The notes beneath the pieces were generated by a model. That model searched no databases, was not told the DNA's origin, and saw only the letters and a list, made by a program, of their open reading frames with translations. A program made the position numbers and the translations under genes. This document shows positions 35,890 to 45,603 of a DNA stretch of 64,000 nucleotides, one piece after another (position 1 is the first letter of the stretch; each line of letters begins with the position of its first letter). Source of the stretch: Pseudomonadota bacterium (GTDB lineage Bacteria > Pseudomonadota > Gammaproteobacteria > Burkholderiales > Rhodocyclaceae); the NCBI GenBank assembly GCA_040754195.1, contig JBFMDJ010000025.1, forward strand, positions 85,346 through 149,345, read 5' to 3'.

Positions 35890-35907
35890 AATTTACTGGA
35901 GCAAACC

Positions 35908-36576
35908 ATGCAATTCGAAATCAACGCAACCCAACGCGAACAGCAGGGATCGAGTGCGAGCCGCCGCCTGCGTCGCGCCGGCCGGGTTCCCGGCATCCTC
36001 TACGGCGGCGCCGCCAAGCCGCAAATGATCGAGTTCGACCACAACGAGCTCTATCAGGCGCTGCGCAAGGAAGCCTTCCACTCCTCCGTGATCAACATGA
36101 ACATCGCCGGCGCCAAGGAAATGTGCCTGCTGCGCGACGTGCAGATGCACGCCTACAAGCTGCAGATCAAGCACGTCGACTTCCAGCGCATCGACGCCAC
36201 CCACGCCATCCACCAGAAGGTGCCGCTGCACTTCATCAACGCCGAGATCGCCCCGGGCGTCAAGCTCGACGGCGGCATGGTCCAGCACGTCATGACCGAA
36301 CTCGACGTCAAGTGCCTGCCGAAGGACCTGCCCGGCTTCATCGAGGTCGACCTCAAGGACCTCAAGGGCGGCCAGTCGATCCACATCTCCCAGCTCGTGC
36401 TGCCGGCCGGCGTCGAGGTCGTGCATCATGGCGAAGGTGATCCGGTCGTCGCCGGTATCGTCGTGCGCGGTGGTGGCGCAGCCTCGGAAGAGGAAACTGC
36501 GGCGCCGGTCGAGACCCAGGTCATCACCGAGAAGAAGCCGGCCGCCGCGCCCGAGAAGAAGCCCGAGAAGAAGTAA
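35908..36576 (+). CDS. rplY: 50S ribosomal protein L25/Ctc (long form)
   Basis: SRRLRRAGRVPGILYGG, HVDFQR, C-terminal Ctc domain. Confidence 0.96.
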   Translation: MQFEINATQREQQGSSASRRLRRAGRVPGILYGGAAKPQMIEFDHNELYQALRKEAFHSSVINMNIAGAKEMCLLRDVQMHAYKLQIKHVDFQRIDATHAIHQKVPLHFINAEIAPGVKLDGGMVQHVMTELDVKCLPKDLPGFIEVDLKDLKGGQSIHISQLVLPAGVEVVHHGEGDPVVAGIVVRGGGAASEEETAAPVETQVITEKKPAAAPEKKPEKK

Positions 36577-37182
36577 TTGCAGCCTGTGCTTCGCCTCGTT
36601 GTCGGCCTCGGCAACCCCGGGGCCGAATATTCCGAAACCCGGCACAACGCCGGGTTTTGGTTTTGTGAGCGCCTCGTGCGCGAACTGGGCGCCTCGCTCT
36701 CCCGCGAATCACGCTATCACGGCCACGTCGCCAAGGCCCGCCTCGGCGGCAACGATCTGTGGCTGCTGATGCCGCAGACCTTCATGAACCGTTCCGGCCA
36801 GTCGGTGCAGGCGCTCGCGCACTTCTACCGCATCGCGCCGGCCGAAATGCTCGTGGTGCATGACGAACTCGACATCCCGCCCGGCCAGCTGCGCCTCAAG
36901 TTCGGCGGCGGGCTCGGCGGCCACAACGGCCTCAAGGACATCACCGCCCACCTCGGCACGCAGGATTACTGGCGGCTCAGGATCGGCATCGGCCATCCGG
37001 GCGACCGGAACGATGTCGTCAATTACGTACTGAAGCCGCCGCGCAAGGAAGAGGCCGGCGAGATCGACGCCGCCATCGACCGCGCGCTGCTCGCCTGGCC
37101 GCTGCTGGCGAAGGGCGACTTCAACGCCGCCACCCAGCGCATCAACGCACGCCCTGCGGCACCGAAAAAGGAAGAGACATGA
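36577..37182 (+). CDS. pth: Peptidyl-tRNA hydrolase
   Basis: [36 protein letters not shown]. Confidence 0.97.
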   Translation: MQPVLRLVVGLGNPGAEYSETRHNAGFWFCERLVRELGASLSRESRYHGHVAKARLGGNDLWLLMPQTFMNRSGQSVQALAHFYRIAPAEMLVVHDELDIPPGQLRLKFGGGLGGHNGLKDITAHLGTQDYWRLRIGIGHPGDRNDVVNYVLKPPRKEEAGEIDAAIDRALLAWPLLAKGDFNAATQRINARPAAPKKEET

Positions 37183-38273
37183 GTTTGAAATGCGGCATCG
37201 TCGGCCTGCCCAACGTCGGCAAGTCCACCCTGTTCAACGCCCTGACCAAGTCGGGCATCGCGGCGGAAAACTACCCCTTCTGCACCATCGAGCCGAACGT
37301 CGGCATCGTCGAGGTACCGGATGCGCGCCTGGAGGCGCTCTCCGCCATCGTCAAGCCGCAGAAGATCCAGCACGCCATCGTCGAGTTCGTCGACATCGCC
37401 GGCCTGGTCGCCGGCGCCAGCAAGGGCGAGGGTCTCGGCAACCAGTTCCTCGCCAACATCCGCGAGACCGACGCCATCGTGCATGTCGTGCGCTGCTTCG
37501 CCGACGAGAACGTCGTGCACGTCGCCGGCAAGGTCGACCCGCTCTCCGACATCGAGGTCATCGACACCGAGCTCGCGCTCGCCGACCTCGCCACCGTCGA
37601 GAAGGCGCTGGCGCGCTACTCGAAGCAGGCCAAGGCCGGCGGCGACAAGGAGGCCAAGCTGCTCGTCGATGTGCTGGAAAAATGCCGCGCGCAGCTCGAC
37701 CAGGCCAAGCCGGTGCGCGCGCTCGACCTGTCGAAGGAGGAATGGGGCAACCTGCGCCAGTTCTTCCTGCTCACGGCGAAGCCGGTACTCTACGCCGCCA
37801 ACGTCAAGGAAGGCGGCTTCGAGAACAACCCGCACCTTGATGCCGTCAAGGCGCACGCGGCCAAGGAAAACGCCGATGTCGTCGCCATCTGCGCCGCCAT
37901 CGAGGCCGAGATCGCCGATCTCGCCGACGAGGACAAGCAGATCTTCCTCGCCGACATGGGCATGGACGAACCGGGCCTCAACCGCCTGATCCGCGCCGCC
38001 TACCACCTGCTCGGCCTGCAAACCTACTTCACCGCCGGCGTCAAGGAAGTGCGCGCCTGGACCATCCACCGGGGCGACACCGCCCCGCAGGCGGCCGGCG
38101 TGATCCATACCGATTTCGAGCGCGGCTTCATCCGCGCCCAGACCATCGCCTACGAGGATTTCATCGCCTGCAAGGGCGAGCAGGGCGCCAAGGAAGCAGG
38201 CAAAATGCGCGCGGAAGGCAAGGAATACGTCGTCAAGGACGGCGACGTGATGAATTTCCTGTTCAACGTCTAG
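37179..38273 (+). CDS. ychF: Ribosome-binding ATPase YchF
   Basis: [40 protein letters not shown]. Confidence 0.98.
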   Translation: MSLKCGIVGLPNVGKSTLFNALTKSGIAAENYPFCTIEPNVGIVEVPDARLEALSAIVKPQKIQHAIVEFVDIAGLVAGASKGEGLGNQFLANIRETDAIVHVVRCFADENVVHVAGKVDPLSDIEVIDTELALADLATVEKALARYSKQAKAGGDKEAKLLVDVLEKCRAQLDQAKPVRALDLSKEEWGNLRQFFLLTAKPVLYAANVKEGGFENNPHLDAVKAHAAKENADVVAICAAIEAEIADLADEDKQIFLADMGMDEPGLNRLIRAAYHLLGLQTYFTAGVKEVRAWTIHRGDTAPQAAGVIHTDFERGFIRAQTIAYEDFIACKGEQGAKEAGKMRAEGKEYVVKDGDVMNFLFNV

Positions 38274-38296
38274 TTTCCACCGGCCCGGAGGCCTCC

Positions 38297-40696
38297 ATGC
38301 GCCCGCTCCCAACTCTCGTCCCGCTGTTTTGCGCCTTGGTGCTGTCAGGCTGTGCAGGCATGATGCAGGCCACTCCGGAGCTGAGTTCTGGGTCTCCCGA
38401 CCGCAAAGTGACGGTCAAGAGCACGGTGATGGCGGTCGGTACCCTCGATTACGCCCCCGATGGCAAGCAGCTCGTCTCCGGCGGCGTCACGCCGGTCGTG
38501 CGTGTTTGGGACATGGCGGCCGGCAAGGGGTTGCGTACCCACCAGATGGAGGCTCCCTGGGGCATCGTCGATGTTGCCTACTCGCGTGACGGCAAAACCT
38601 ATGCAGCCTCCGCCCTCACCGGAATTTTCGGCGATTCGCGTACCCAGCTTTGGGATGCCGCCACCGGCGAGTTGCTCAAGACGGTGCCGAGCGACAAGTT
38701 CGGCTACAAACTCGCCTTTTCGGGCAATGGCCGCTATCTGCTCGGCAACCGTTTCGAAACCGGCGGGCTGATGTCCAACCCCTATTACATCGTCGAGCAG
38801 CTCGATGTCGCGGCAAACCAAATCGTGCGCAGCTATCCCCACGCCATGCTCGGCGCGCTCGCGCCGGATGGCCAGAAAGCCCTGCTGCTGGGGGATGGCG
38901 AACGCGGGTTGACCCTCGTCGACCTGCCATCCGGACGTGAGCTATGGCGTGCCGGCGAGCGGAGCGGGGATGCGGCCGCCTTTACGCCCGACGGCCGGCA
39001 AGTGCTGATTTCCCGTTCGGAGTACCACGGCACGCTCGGCACCTCGGCGACGATCTCGGTCATCCAGCTCGATGCGGCAACCGGCATGCAGCAGCGGGAA
39101 CTGCTGCGCTACAACGTAGAGGGTACCTTTCTTGCCACCGACAAGGAATTCCGCAAACTGGTCGCCCTGGCGGTGGCGCCGGACGGCCGCCGCTTCCTGA
39201 CAGGCAACCACATGGGCGAGTACAAGCTGTGGGACTTGTCCAGCGGCCAGTTGATCCGCCAGCTGCAGCGGCCGAATGAAAAGATCGTTTTCGACATGAG
39301 CCCGGCAAAGATCGCCTTCTCGCCGAATGGCAAGCTGGTGGCGATCACTTCGGCGGCCTCGGTGCGCCTCTATCAGGTCGAAAGCGGCGAGGAAGCCGCG
39401 GCGATGATCGCCTTCGACGACGGCGAGTGGCTGGTGACCACGCCCAGCGGCTACTACAACGCCTCGGAGAAGGGCGACGAGTACCTGAGCGTCAGCGTCG
39501 GCGGACAGCCCTTCAGCATCGCCCAGCTGCGCGAATCCTTCTACCGGCCCGACCTCGTCAAGGTCGCGCTCGCCGGCGGAACGCTGGGCGAATACCGCAA
39601 GGTCGCCGATCTCAAGCCGCCGCCGACCGTCGCCATCGTCGACACGCCGGCGACCACCCGCAACCAGAAAATCACCGTGTCGCTGCAGGTCGGCGATCAG
39701 GGCGGCGGCATCGGCGACATCCGCCTCTATCGCAACGGTTCGGCGGTCGTGCTGGAGAACGCGCGCAATCTGGCCGCCAGGGCGGACGGCCGCGGCGGCC
39801 AGGTTCTGACCTTCGACATCAGCCTGGAGCCGGGGCAGAACACCCTGCGGGCGCTCGCCTTCAATGCCGACAACAGCATGCAAAGCCGCGACGCGCAATT
39901 CGATGTACAGGCGGATATCGCCCCGCGTCCGCCGGCACTGCATGCCGTGGTGGTCGGAATTCAGGAGTTCGCCAACCCGCGTCTGGCGCTGAAATACTCG
40001 GTGGCCGACGCCGAGCTGCTTGCCAGCGCGCTCGAAAGCGGGGGCAAGGGGCTGTACAGCGACATCCGCGTGCGGCGCTTGCTGAAGCCCGCGGAGACCA
40101 CCAGTACGGCGATTGTCGCCGCTCTCAAGCAGGCCCGCCAGGAGGTCGGTCCGGAAGACCTGTTCGTGTTCTACGTCGCCAGCCACGGCACCATCGATGA
40201 CGGTCAGTATCTGCTGATTACCTCCAACGTCGGTTCGACCTCGGCGGCCCGCCTCAAGCAGGATGCCCTGACCCAGGACACCCTCAAGGAACTGATTTCG
40301 AACATTCCCGCCTCGAAGAAACTGGTCGTACTCGATACCTGTAGCGCCGGACAGCTGGGCGACGCGATCCAGGTGGCGATGCTGACTCGCGGCATGAGCG
40401 ACGATACGGCCATGAAGGTGTTGTCGCGCGCGGTCGGTTCGACGGTGCTGTCGGCGGCGACCTCGGTGCAGGAGGCGCTGGAAGGCTACAAGGACCACGG
40501 CCTGTTTACCTTCGTCGTCGCCGCCGGACTGAGCGGGGCCGCCGACGTCAACAAGGATGGCTATGTCAAGACGCTGGAGCTGGCGGACTACGTCGATACC
40601 CAGGTGCCCGAACTCGCCGAAACGGTGTTCAAGCACCGGCAGTATCCGATCGTGTCGCCGACCGGACAGGGCTTTCCGCTGGTCAAGATCCGCTAG
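38297..40696 (+). CDS. Lipoprotein with WD40 beta-propeller, Ig-like linker and caspase-like (peptidase C14) domain
   Basis: Lipobox LVLSGC; repeated (Y/F)xPDG...(V/L)WD WD40 units; LHAVVVGIQEF; FYVASHG (His) and VVLDTC (Cys). Confidence 0.9.
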   Translation: MRPLPTLVPLFCALVLSGCAGMMQATPELSSGSPDRKVTVKSTVMAVGTLDYAPDGKQLVSGGVTPVVRVWDMAAGKGLRTHQMEAPWGIVDVAYSRDGKTYAASALTGIFGDSRTQLWDAATGELLKTVPSDKFGYKLAFSGNGRYLLGNRFETGGLMSNPYYIVEQLDVAANQIVRSYPHAMLGALAPDGQKALLLGDGERGLTLVDLPSGRELWRAGERSGDAAAFTPDGRQVLISRSEYHGTLGTSATISVIQLDAATGMQQRELLRYNVEGTFLATDKEFRKLVALAVAPDGRRFLTGNHMGEYKLWDLSSGQLIRQLQRPNEKIVFDMSPAKIAFSPNGKLVAITSAASVRLYQVESGEEAAAMIAFDDGEWLVTTPSGYYNASEKGDEYLSVSVGGQPFSIAQLRESFYRPDLVKVALAGGTLGEYRKVADLKPPPTVAIVDTPATTRNQKITVSLQVGDQGGGIGDIRLYRNGSAVVLENARNLAARADGRGGQVLTFDISLEPGQNTLRALAFNADNSMQSRDAQFDVQADIAPRPPALHAVVVGIQEFANPRLALKYSVADAELLASALESGGKGLYSDIRVRRLLKPAETTSTAIVAALKQARQEVGPEDLFVFYVASHGTIDDGQYLLITSNVGSTSAARLKQDALTQDTLKELISNIPASKKLVVLDTCSAGQLGDAIQVAMLTRGMSDDTAMKVLSRAVGSTVLSAATSVQEALEGYKDHGLFTFVVAAGLSGAADVNKDGYVKTLELADYVDTQVPELAETVFKHRQYPIVSPTGQGFPLVKIR

Positions 40697-40805
40697 GCTG
40701 CCGTATTCCGGAGCGGAAACCTTGCCGTAACCTGGCCACAAAATTACCGTAACGCCGGCCTCCTACAGTGTCGTCGCACAACGACACCGAAAAGGAGAAC
40801 CGGCC

Positions 40806-41582
40806 ATGGAAAACCGGAACATTCAGCATCCGCGCGTCGCGGACCACCCCGCGCGCGGCGCGCGCCCCAAGCTGCACGTCGCCCTGGCGGCCACCGAATC
40901 CGAGATACTCGAGGCGCAAAAGCTGCGCTGGCGCGTCTTCGCCGACGAGCTCGGCGCGCGCCTGCCGTCGCGCACGCCCGGCGTCGACCGCGACCTCTAC
41001 GACCCCTACTGCGACCACCTGCTGGTCCGCGACGAGGCCAACGGCCGCATCGTCGGCACCTATCGCATCCTGCCGCCGGAGGCGGCGCGCAAGATCGGCA
41101 ACTACTATTCGGAAAGCGAGTTCGACCTGACGCGCTTCACCCACCTGCGTCCCCGCATTGTCGAGATCGGCCGCTCCTGCATCGACGCCGACTACCGCAC
41201 CGGCGCCACGATCGCGCTGCTGTGGGCGGGACTGGCGCGCTACATGCGCCAGAACGGTCATGAATACCTGATCGGCTGCGCCAGCATCGGCATGCAGGAC
41301 GGCGGCCACAACGCCGCGGGCATCTACCGCGCGCTCGACGCGCACATGGCGCCGCCCGAATACCGCGTTTTCCCGCGCTATCCGCTGCCGCTCGACAAGA
41401 TCGAGGCCGCCGCCGCCCCCGAGATTCCGCCGCTGCTGAAGGGCTATCTGCGCGCCGGCGCCTGGGTATGCGGCGAACCCGCCTGGGATCCGGACTTCAA
41501 CACCGCCGACCTGTTGATCATGCTGCCGATGTCGCGTGTAGACTCACGCTATTCCAAGCACTTCGTCGAGAGGCAGAGCTGA
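40806..41582 (+). CDS. olsB: GNAT-family N-acyltransferase (OlsB-like ornithine lipid synthase)
   Basis: AQKLRWRVF, DPYCDHLLV, VGTYRIL, EIGRSC, PPLLKGYLRAGA; paired with a PlsC-family gene. Confidence 0.75.
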   Translation: MENRNIQHPRVADHPARGARPKLHVALAATESEILEAQKLRWRVFADELGARLPSRTPGVDRDLYDPYCDHLLVRDEANGRIVGTYRILPPEAARKIGNYYSESEFDLTRFTHLRPRIVEIGRSCIDADYRTGATIALLWAGLARYMRQNGHEYLIGCASIGMQDGGHNAAGIYRALDAHMAPPEYRVFPRYPLPLDKIEAAAAPEIPPLLKGYLRAGAWVCGEPAWDPDFNTADLLIMLPMSRVDSRYSKHFVERQS

Positions 41583-42487
41583 ACAACTTTTTCGTGGAGC
41601 TACGCGCGGCCTTCCGGCTGGCGCGCGTCGGCTTGCACCTGCTGTGGGGCGCGGCGACCGTCGCCGCGGTTTACCCCTGGGCCAGCCTGCCGTTCCGGCG
41701 CGCGTTGAAGCGGCGCTGGTCGCGTCAGCTTGTCGGCACGCTGGGGCTGAAGCTGAAAGTCAGCGGCGGCGACGCGGCGGCGCTGCCCCGGGGGCTGCTG
41801 GTAGCCAATCACATCTCCTGGCTCGACATTTATGTCATCAACGCGCTGGCGCCCGCCGCCTTCGTTTCGAAGGATGACGTGAAGCACTGGCCGCTGATCG
41901 GCTGGCTGTGCGAACGCACCGAAACCATCTTCCTCGAGCGCGGCTCGCGCGCGGCGGCGCAGCGCACGCGCGAAACGATGATCGCACAACTGCGCGCCGG
42001 CACGCACGTCACGCTCTTCCCGGAAGGCACGACGACCGCCGGCGACCGCGTGCTGCCCTTCCATGCCGCGCTGTTCCAGAGCGCGATCGATGCCGGCACG
42101 CCGGTCGTGCCGCTCGCGCTCCGCTATGCCGACGCATCCGGCCAGCCAAGTCGGGCGCCGGCCTACGATGGCGACATCACGCTCTGGCAATGCCTGCGCG
42201 CAATCGCGCGCGCGGGCGGGCTGACCGCGCAGGTACGCGTGCTGGCGCCGCTCGACGGCGCGGCGGCCGACCGGCGCCACCTGGCCGCCCGTTGCCATCA
42301 CGCCATCGCCTGGCATCTCGGGCACGCCGATGCCGGATCGCCCGGTTCGCCTATTCCCAACCCGACGGCTGCGCCGACTGGCCGCAGGGCATCTGGAACA
42401 CCCGACGGTCATCCAGACGCACCGCCGTCAGACTGCCTCCCCACAGACAGCCCGAGTCCAGCGCCAGCAGCCTGTCCGTCTGCCTGA
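41579..42487 (+). CDS. olsA: Lysophospholipid/lyso-ornithine lipid acyltransferase (OlsA/PlsC-like)
   Basis: VANHISWLD (HxxxxD), FPEGTT. Start uncertain: CTG 41579 overlapping the olsB stop, or GTG 41594. Confidence 0.72.
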   Translation: MNNFFVELRAAFRLARVGLHLLWGAATVAAVYPWASLPFRRALKRRWSRQLVGTLGLKLKVSGGDAAALPRGLLVANHISWLDIYVINALAPAAFVSKDDVKHWPLIGWLCERTETIFLERGSRAAAQRTRETMIAQLRAGTHVTLFPEGTTTAGDRVLPFHAALFQSAIDAGTPVVPLALRYADASGQPSRAPAYDGDITLWQCLRAIARAGGLTAQVRVLAPLDGAAADRRHLAARCHHAIAWHLGHADAGSPGSPIPNPTAAPTGRRASGTPDGHPDAPPSDCLPTDSPSPAPAACPSA

Positions 42488-43187
42488 AACCCAGCGCCGA
42501 CCAATGGCCGCAGACGATCAGGTGATCGGCGCTCTTGCGGTCCGGCGCCTCGAACCAGGGCACGCAACCTTCCGGGCCGCGCTCCGGCGGGCCCTTGGCA
42601 CCCGGCGCGCGAAACTCCATGCGGCCGTCGGGCCAGATGAAGCGCATGCGCGTCATCGCGTTTACCACCACGCGCAGGCGGTCCCAGCCGGTCAGGTCGT
42701 CACGCCAGACAGCGGGCTCGGAACCCCACATGTGGGCCAGAAAGTCCATGTAATCAGGCCCGTTCAGCGCCGCGCGCACCTCGTCCGAGAGTGCCTGCGC
42801 CCTGGTCACGTCCCAGGCCGGCAACAGGCCGGCATGCACCATGCCCCAGCCGTTCTCGACGTGGAACAGCGGCTGCGCGCGCAGCCAGGCCAGCAATTCG
42901 CCGCGGTCGGGCGCGGCGAGAATGTCCGCCAGCGTGTCCTCCTTGTTCGCCTTGCCGTAGCCGGCGGCCTGCATGACGAGATGGAGATCGTGGTTGCCGA
43001 GCACCGTCGCGGCGGCCGGGCCGAGGCCCTTGACGAAGCGCAACACCTCGAGCGATTGCGGGCCGCGATTGACCAGATCGCCAACGCACCAGAGATGATC
43101 GACGGCCGGATCGAACTTCAGGTAATCGAGCAGCCGCGCGAGCGGGTCGTAGCAGCCCTGCAGGTCGCCTATCGCATATGTCGCCAT
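42351..43187 (-). CDS. apaH: Symmetrical bis(5'-nucleosyl)-tetraphosphatase
   Basis: YAIGDLQGC, VGDLVNRGP, LGNHDLHL, VNAMTRMR, GHWSALG, LDSGCLWGG. Confidence 0.96.
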   Translation of the reverse strand: MATYAIGDLQGCYDPLARLLDYLKFDPAVDHLWCVGDLVNRGPQSLEVLRFVKGLGPAAATVLGNHDLHLVMQAAGYGKANKEDTLADILAAPDRGELLAWLRAQPLFHVENGWGMVHAGLLPAWDVTRAQALSDEVRAALNGPDYMDFLAHMWGSEPAVWRDDLTGWDRLRVVVNAMTRMRFIWPDGRMEFRAPGAKGPPERGPEGCVPWFEAPDRKSADHLIVCGHWSALGFRQTDRLLALDSGCLWGGSLTAVRLDDRRVFQMPCGQSAQPSGWE

Positions 43188-43195
43188 CGCCGTCC

Positions 43196-43486
43196 TCAGC
43201 CGGCCAGCGCGGCCAGCACGGCCTGCGGCGTCACGCCGGCCACCCGCACGCGCTTGGCGCGCGCGGTTTGCCCGCTCACGAGTTCCACCGCCGTCCTGCC
43301 GACGCTGACTTTTTCCGCGACGAATGCCAGCAGCGCGGCATTGGCCTTGCCGTCGACCGGCGGCGCGGCGAGACGGATCTTCAGCGCGTCGCCGTGCGGT
43401 CCCGCCACCTCGGTCTTCTTCGCGCCCGGCTGGATGTGCAGGGTCAGGATCACGTCGTCGCCATCCGCGCGCAGCCAGGTGGTCAT
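43196..43486 (-). CDS. yggU: DUF167/YggU family protein
   Basis: LHIQPGAKK, APPVDGKANAAL, GQTARAKRV; ATG 43486. Confidence 0.92.
   Translation of the reverse strand: MTTWLRADGDDVILTLHIQPGAKKTEVAGPHGDALKIRLAAPPVDGKANAALLAFVAEKVSVGRTAVELVSGQTARAKRVRVAGVTPQAVLAALAG
43289..43313 (+). repeat. Dispersed 25-nt motif copy, inside yggU
   Basis: CGCCGTCCTGCCGACGCTGACTTTT, encoding KVSVGRTA on the minus strand. Confidence 0.82.
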
Positions 43487-44049
43487 GGCAGGGCCATGAA
43501 CATGGGCTGCAGGTTGGCGAGCACGATCAGCACCACCTCGAGCAGCAGCAGCACGACCAGCGGCGAGAGGTCGATGCCGCCGAGCGGCGGCAGACGGCGG
43601 CGCACCGGCCCGAGCAGCGGCCGCGACAGGGCGGCAAACAGCGGCCCGACCGGCGAATAGGGGTTGATCCACGACAGCAGGGCGGCGACGATCACCACGC
43701 CCATGAGCAGATAGACCGTCATGCGCAGCACCGCGACGGCGGCGATCCAGGCGACGCCCAACAGCGCGGCCGGCGCGAGGCCGGTCAGGCCGGTCAATCC
43801 CGCCATCACGCCGAAATAGGCGATCTGGGTCAGCCAGGCGGCGAACACGCTGGCGAGGTCGATGCCGAACAGTCCGGGAATCAGGCGGCGCAGTGGCAGC
43901 ACCACCCAGTCGGTGACGGCGATGATGAACTGGCCCACGGGATTGCGGAAGGGTGCGCGCACCCATTGCACATAGGCGCGGGCGAGCAGGGCGATGGCCA
44001 GCAGGTTGGCCGCCGTGCCGAGCAGCAGGCTGACGATCTGGAGCAGCAT
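43483..44049 (-). CDS. yggT: YggT family membrane protein
   Basis: Two YGGT repeats (PLRRLIPGLFGIDLA; PPLGGIDLSPL). Confidence 0.92.
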   Translation of the reverse strand: MLLQIVSLLLGTAANLLAIALLARAYVQWVRAPFRNPVGQFIIAVTDWVVLPLRRLIPGLFGIDLASVFAAWLTQIAYFGVMAGLTGLTGLAPAALLGVAWIAAVAVLRMTVYLLMGVVIVAALLSWINPYSPVGPLFAALSRPLLGPVRRRLPPLGGIDLSPLVVLLLLEVVLIVLANLQPMFMALP

Positions 44050-44861
44050 CAGTCGCTCCCCAGCAGATCGCAGAGTTCGCGGCCGCGAGCCGCCGCCGCC
44101 TCGACGCCGCGGGCAATGCCCGCGCCAACCCCTTCGGTGTTGAAGGCTTCGAGCGCGGCGGCGGTCGTGCCGCCTTTCGAGGTCACGCGCGCGCGCAGCT
44201 CGCTGACCGGCTCGTCGCCGGCCTCGGCCAGCCGGGAAGCGCCGAGGAAGGTCTCGATCGCCAGCAGGCGCGCGGTCTCGGCGGGCAGGCCGAGGGAAGC
44301 GCCGGCATTCTGCAGCGCCTCGATGAAATAGAACACGTAGGCCGGACCGCTGCCCGAGACGGCGGTCACCACGTCCATCAGCGTCTCGTCGTCCACCCAG
44401 AGCGTGCGGCCGACGGCGCGCAAGATCTTTTCGGCCGTGTCGCGCCCCTCGCGATCCACGCTCGGATCGGCGAACAGCCCGGTGATGCCGGCGCCGATCA
44501 GCGCCGGGGTGTTGGGCATGGCGCGCACCAGCTTGTCGTGGCCGCCCAGCCAGCGGCCGATATCCGCGAGGCGCAGGCCGGCGGCGATGCTGATGACGAT
44601 CTGGCCGTCGAGCTTGCCCGCGGCCGGCGCGAGCGCCTCCTTCATCTGCTGCGGCTTGACCGCGAGCACCAGCACGTCGCAGTGCAGCGCCGCCGCGTCG
44701 ACGGCCGGTGCGCAGCGCACGCCGAAACTCGCCGACAGCCGCTCGCGCGCCTCGGCGAACGGCTCTACGACCTGAATGCCGGCGACCGAGAAGCCCTGCT
44801 TCTTCAGGCCGCCGATGAGGGCGCTGGCCATGTTGCCGCCGCCGATGAACGTGATCTTCAT
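44049..44861 (-). CDS. proC: Pyrroline-5-carboxylate reductase
   Basis: FIGGGNMA, VLAVKPQ, RAMPNTP, SGSGPAY, VTSKGGTT; ATG 44861. Confidence 0.97.
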   Translation of the reverse strand: MKITFIGGGNMASALIGGLKKQGFSVAGIQVVEPFAEARERLSASFGVRCAPAVDAAALHCDVLVLAVKPQQMKEALAPAAGKLDGQIVISIAAGLRLADIGRWLGGHDKLVRAMPNTPALIGAGITGLFADPSVDREGRDTAEKILRAVGRTLWVDDETLMDVVTAVSGSGPAYVFYFIEALQNAGASLGLPAETARLLAIETFLGASRLAEAGDEPVSELRARVTSKGGTTAAALEAFNTEGVGAGIARGVEAAAARGRELCDLLGSD

Positions 44862-45547
44862 GTCTTCACTCTTTCTCCGAAAATCGCCGTGCCCACGCGC
44901 ACGAGTGTGGAACCTTCCATGATCGCCGCCTCCAGGTCGTGCGACATGCCCATCGACAGCGTGTCGAGCGCGAGGCCCGCCGCGGTCAACGCGTCGCGCA
45001 GTTCCCGCAGCAGCGCGAAACGCCGCCGCGCCAGCATCATGTCGTCGGTGGGTTCCGGAATCGCCATCAGCCCGCGCAGGCGCAGGCCGGGAAGCGCGGC
45101 GACGGCGCGGCACAGCGCCGCCGCCTCGTCCGGCGCACAGCCGCTCTTGCTCTCCTCGCCGCTGACATTCACCTGCACGCAGACGTTCAGCGGCGGCAGC
45201 TCCGCCGGTCGCTGCGCCGACAGGCGCTCGGCGATCTTCAGGCGCTCGACCGAGTGCGCCCAGGCGAAGCTCTCCGCCACCGGGCGCGTCTTGTTGCTCT
45301 GCAGGGGGCCGATGAAATGCCATTCCAGTTCCAGGTCGGCGAGCGCCGCCAGCTTGGGAATGGCCTCCTGCACATAGCTTTCGCCGAAGGCGCGCTGTCC
45401 CGCCGCCGCCGCCTCGCGCACCGGCCCGGCGGGCCAGGTCTTCGACACCGCCAGCAGCGCGACTGTCGCCGGATCGCGTCCGGCCAAGGCGCAGGCGGCC
45501 GCGATGCGCTGTATTACGGCTTGCAGGTTGACGGAAATTGTTGTCAT
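44858..45547 (-). CDS. yggS: PLP homeostasis protein YggS
   Basis: LLAVSKT, FGESYVQE, WHFIGPLQSNK, LSMGMSHD, VRVGTAIFG. Confidence 0.96.
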   Translation of the reverse strand: MTTISVNLQAVIQRIAAACALAGRDPATVALLAVSKTWPAGPVREAAAAGQRAFGESYVQEAIPKLAALADLELEWHFIGPLQSNKTRPVAESFAWAHSVERLKIAERLSAQRPAELPPLNVCVQVNVSGEESKSGCAPDEAAALCRAVAALPGLRLRGLMAIPEPTDDMMLARRRFALLRELRDALTAAGLALDTLSMGMSHDLEAAIMEGSTLVRVGTAIFGERVKT

Positions 45548-45603
45548 ATACGCGGATCAGTATACCCAAGCATGCCTGCCGTCCCAATCTCGCTGGAGCC
45601 CCC

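Noticed and set aside
36520-36576. GAGAAGAAGCC repeats at the end of rplY
   Set aside because: They simply encode the low-complexity EKKP tail common in long L25/Ctc proteins.
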